DNA of 64,000 nt, from IMG/VR virus record IMGVR_UViG_3300027771_001853, positions 233,624-297,623 of that record; one strand, given 5' to 3'. The notes under the pieces were generated by a model. That model was not told where the DNA came from. It saw only the letters and a program-made list of their open reading frames with translations, and did not search any database. A program made the translations under genes and the position numbers. Position 1 is the stretch's first letter. The number at the start of each line of letters is the position of its first letter. Below, piece after piece: positions 62,302 to 64,000 of this stretch.

Positions 62302-62480
62302 TGGAAATAATAGAAACGGTATTAGGTATGGTTTGGGTGTTGGTATGTGTAGGTGTTTTAGGTTTCGGTGTATCGTCTTACCTACATTTACTGACTAGAG
62401 GTGACAATAATAAGATAATGGATAATATCGATAAAATGGAAAGAGATGAAAAGAAACGTAAGGAAGGTAAGACTAATTAA
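62301..62480 (+). CDS. 59-aa N-terminal TM protein (not in ORF track)
   Basis: MEIIETVLGMVWVLVCVGVLGFGVSSYL; start overlaps upstream stop. Confidence 0.5.
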   Translation: MEIIETVLGMVWVLVCVGVLGFGVSSYLHLLTRGDNNKIMDNIDKMERDEKKRKEGKTN

Positions 62481-62769
62481 TCTTAGTTCTTAAGAATCTC
62501 TTAACCGGGTTTATATAGTAATGTTTAATGAACGTTCTAATCTCCGGCATCTTTAGTTTCCTTCGTAACCTATTTTCCCATATTGTGGCTGGACAAACAA
62601 GAACTGGTGAAAAGATTAAATGCATGACCCAGACATTCACGGGTACCCATATCCAGAAAGGTTCGTTAATCATAACAAACACGGGGGTTATTATTAGTAA
62701 CACTATAAAGATGTGGTGTATGAGTACTAACAGTAATAATATAAACTTATCATCAATCAATTCTTTCAT
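62473..62769 (-). CDS. DUF2784-like membrane protein
   Basis: Two TM segments followed by CPATIWENRLRRK. Confidence 0.6.
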   Translation of the reverse strand: MKELIDDKFILLLLVLIHHIFIVLLIITPVFVMINEPFWIWVPVNVWVMHLIFSPVLVCPATIWENRLRRKLKMPEIRTFIKHYYINPVKRFLRTKIN

Positions 62770-62846
62770 ACATTATAAATAACACACTATACCCGTTTTA
62801 TACAGGAACCTGAAATAAACCCGAAAGTTTTCGGAAAAATTTTTTT

Positions 62847-63290
62847 TTATTCTCCATAACCCTTATTAGGGGTAATAAGTCCAACTTTAACAATATAATC
62901 GTCACCATATATCTCTTTTAATAAAATAGCCCTATGATTACCGTCAAGTATACGATGGTTATCAAAATCCTCCCAACCTTCATGCTTCTTTATAAAGATA
63001 CCATCAGTATAACCGTTACTTAGTAATGACTCCTTTAAGGTATCCCAATCATAATAATGTCCACAAGGACACCATTTCTCCGTTGGGTCATCTGGATTCT
63101 CCTGAACACATGGACCTTCGTTGAGGATACCAAGTTCAATACACATAGGACAATCGGAACATTCAGGGGTATTACCTTCCAAATAATACTTACGTTGAAT
63201 TATTAGACTCTTACGAGTTATCAGTTTACCCAGGGGTATATTAATAAATTCACTACTTAATTCTTCTTTCACACTTTTCCCACTTACCAT
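62847..63290 (-). CDS. ParB/Srx-like domain protein with Cys-rich insertion
   Basis: RILDGNHRAILL; CSDCPMC and WCPC. Confidence 0.6.
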   Translation of the reverse strand: MVSGKSVKEELSSEFINIPLGKLITRKSLIIQRKYYLEGNTPECSDCPMCIELGILNEGPCVQENPDDPTEKWCPCGHYYDWDTLKESLLSNGYTDGIFIKKHEGWEDFDNHRILDGNHRAILLKEIYGDDYIVKVGLITPNKGYGE

Positions 63291-63777
63291 TTGTTAATAA
63301 TTTAAAAGTTCCTACATATATCTTATCCCATTGAGATGGTTCAATTAAACTTAAGAATAAGTTACCTTTCTCATAATGATGGTATAGGTGGTAAGATTCA
63401 CCTACTATGGGTTGGAAGGAGTATTCAGAACCATACACTAAAGAAGTCCACTCATACTCATCTACCAATTTATCGTATTCACCCTTTAACTCCGTGAACC
63501 TGGTCTCAAAGTATCGATTAACTTTAACAGAGTCACTCTTGTCAACCACTATAGGTTTAAAGTTCTGAGACCCTACTGTAGTAGGAAAAGATTTTATATT
63601 AGAGTCGAATTTTTCAGTATCGTCATTATAGACTACATTGTCAGGTTTCTTCTTCTTCGTCTTCTCCCTACCTATAATATCTTTATATTCATACCATGCT
63701 GGATTAGGTAACTCCGAATAGTGGTCCCACAATCCTTTCTCTACTATCTCTGATTCTTTCTTATCTTTTTTACCCAT
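63253..63777 (-). CDS. DUF2452-like protein
   Basis: YSFQPIVGESYHLY....G.LFLSLIEPSQW. Confidence 0.7.
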   Translation of the reverse strand: MGKKDKKESEIVEKGLWDHYSELPNPAWYEYKDIIGREKTKKKKPDNVVYNDDTEKFDSNIKSFPTTVGSQNFKPIVVDKSDSVKVNRYFETRFTELKGEYDKLVDEYEWTSLVYGSEYSFQPIVGESYHLYHHYEKGNLFLSLIEPSQWDKIYVGTFKLLTNGKWEKCERRIK

Positions 63778-64000
63778 GTATAATAATACCTAACTTTCCC
63801 ATAAAAATCTATAGAAATAATTTTTTACTCTATACGGCTTTCTCTCAGAACTGCTTCGCTTTTAGGGGTACTCTCTCTTTCCAACTTTTATAAAAAAAAA
63901 TAGTATAAATATTTTTTAACCTTACATGCTTTGTTTACGGCACCGTCCCCCTTATATGAGCCGCTAAAAGCTGCTGGTTACAGGGGATACGGCGGGGGGC

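Noticed and set aside
1-64000. Stop-codon reassignment (alternative genetic code) as in some Bacteroidota jumbo phages
   Set aside because: All large conserved genes are intact under the standard code, and TAA, TAG and TGA all occur as terminal stops

Overview
A 64-kb AT-rich segment of a large T4-like (jumbo) tailed phage, very probably infecting Bacteroidota (Flavobacteria-like). Host evidence: TAnnTTTG promoters, A-rich starts without SD sequences, a type IX secretion CTD, a Bacteroidota-type lipoprotein and tmRNA. Bases 1-18 kb hold dUTPase, glycosyltransferase(s), a PolB-exo-like protein and an intact head-assembly cluster (major capsid, scaffold, prohead protease, portal, large terminase). 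Bases 18-33 kb hold a tRNA-like gene, Hsp20-DnaK/ClpC, two giant repeat-rich fibre proteins, a peptidase and a tmRNA. Bases 33-64 kb are an accessory region in which minus-strand genes preceded by a TATTTAT motif are interleaved with plus-strand genes under host-type promoters (DNA ligase, PEP synthase, CAP, CDGSH, PspC, HAD). Most notable observations: (1) a family of otherwise unrelated minus-strand proteins sharing an N-terminal KLTE(S)xL/EK leader, a candidate capsid-targeting and protease-cleaved tag; (2) a three-gene phage module for host T9SS export, with a type B CTD gene and two Ig-like genes ending in a shared PxTxxIxH(F/Y) tail; (3) an ungapped duplicated 80-bp bidirectional promoter cassette; (4) a tmRNA with a long tag near an N-domain-less ClpC; (5) an annexin-like repeat fused to a peptidoglycan-binding domain; (6) a tRNA-Gly-like RNA with abnormal loops; (7) an exonuclease homolog missing three of four catalytic acids. 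All family assignments are from motif recognition by eye; no searches were run.
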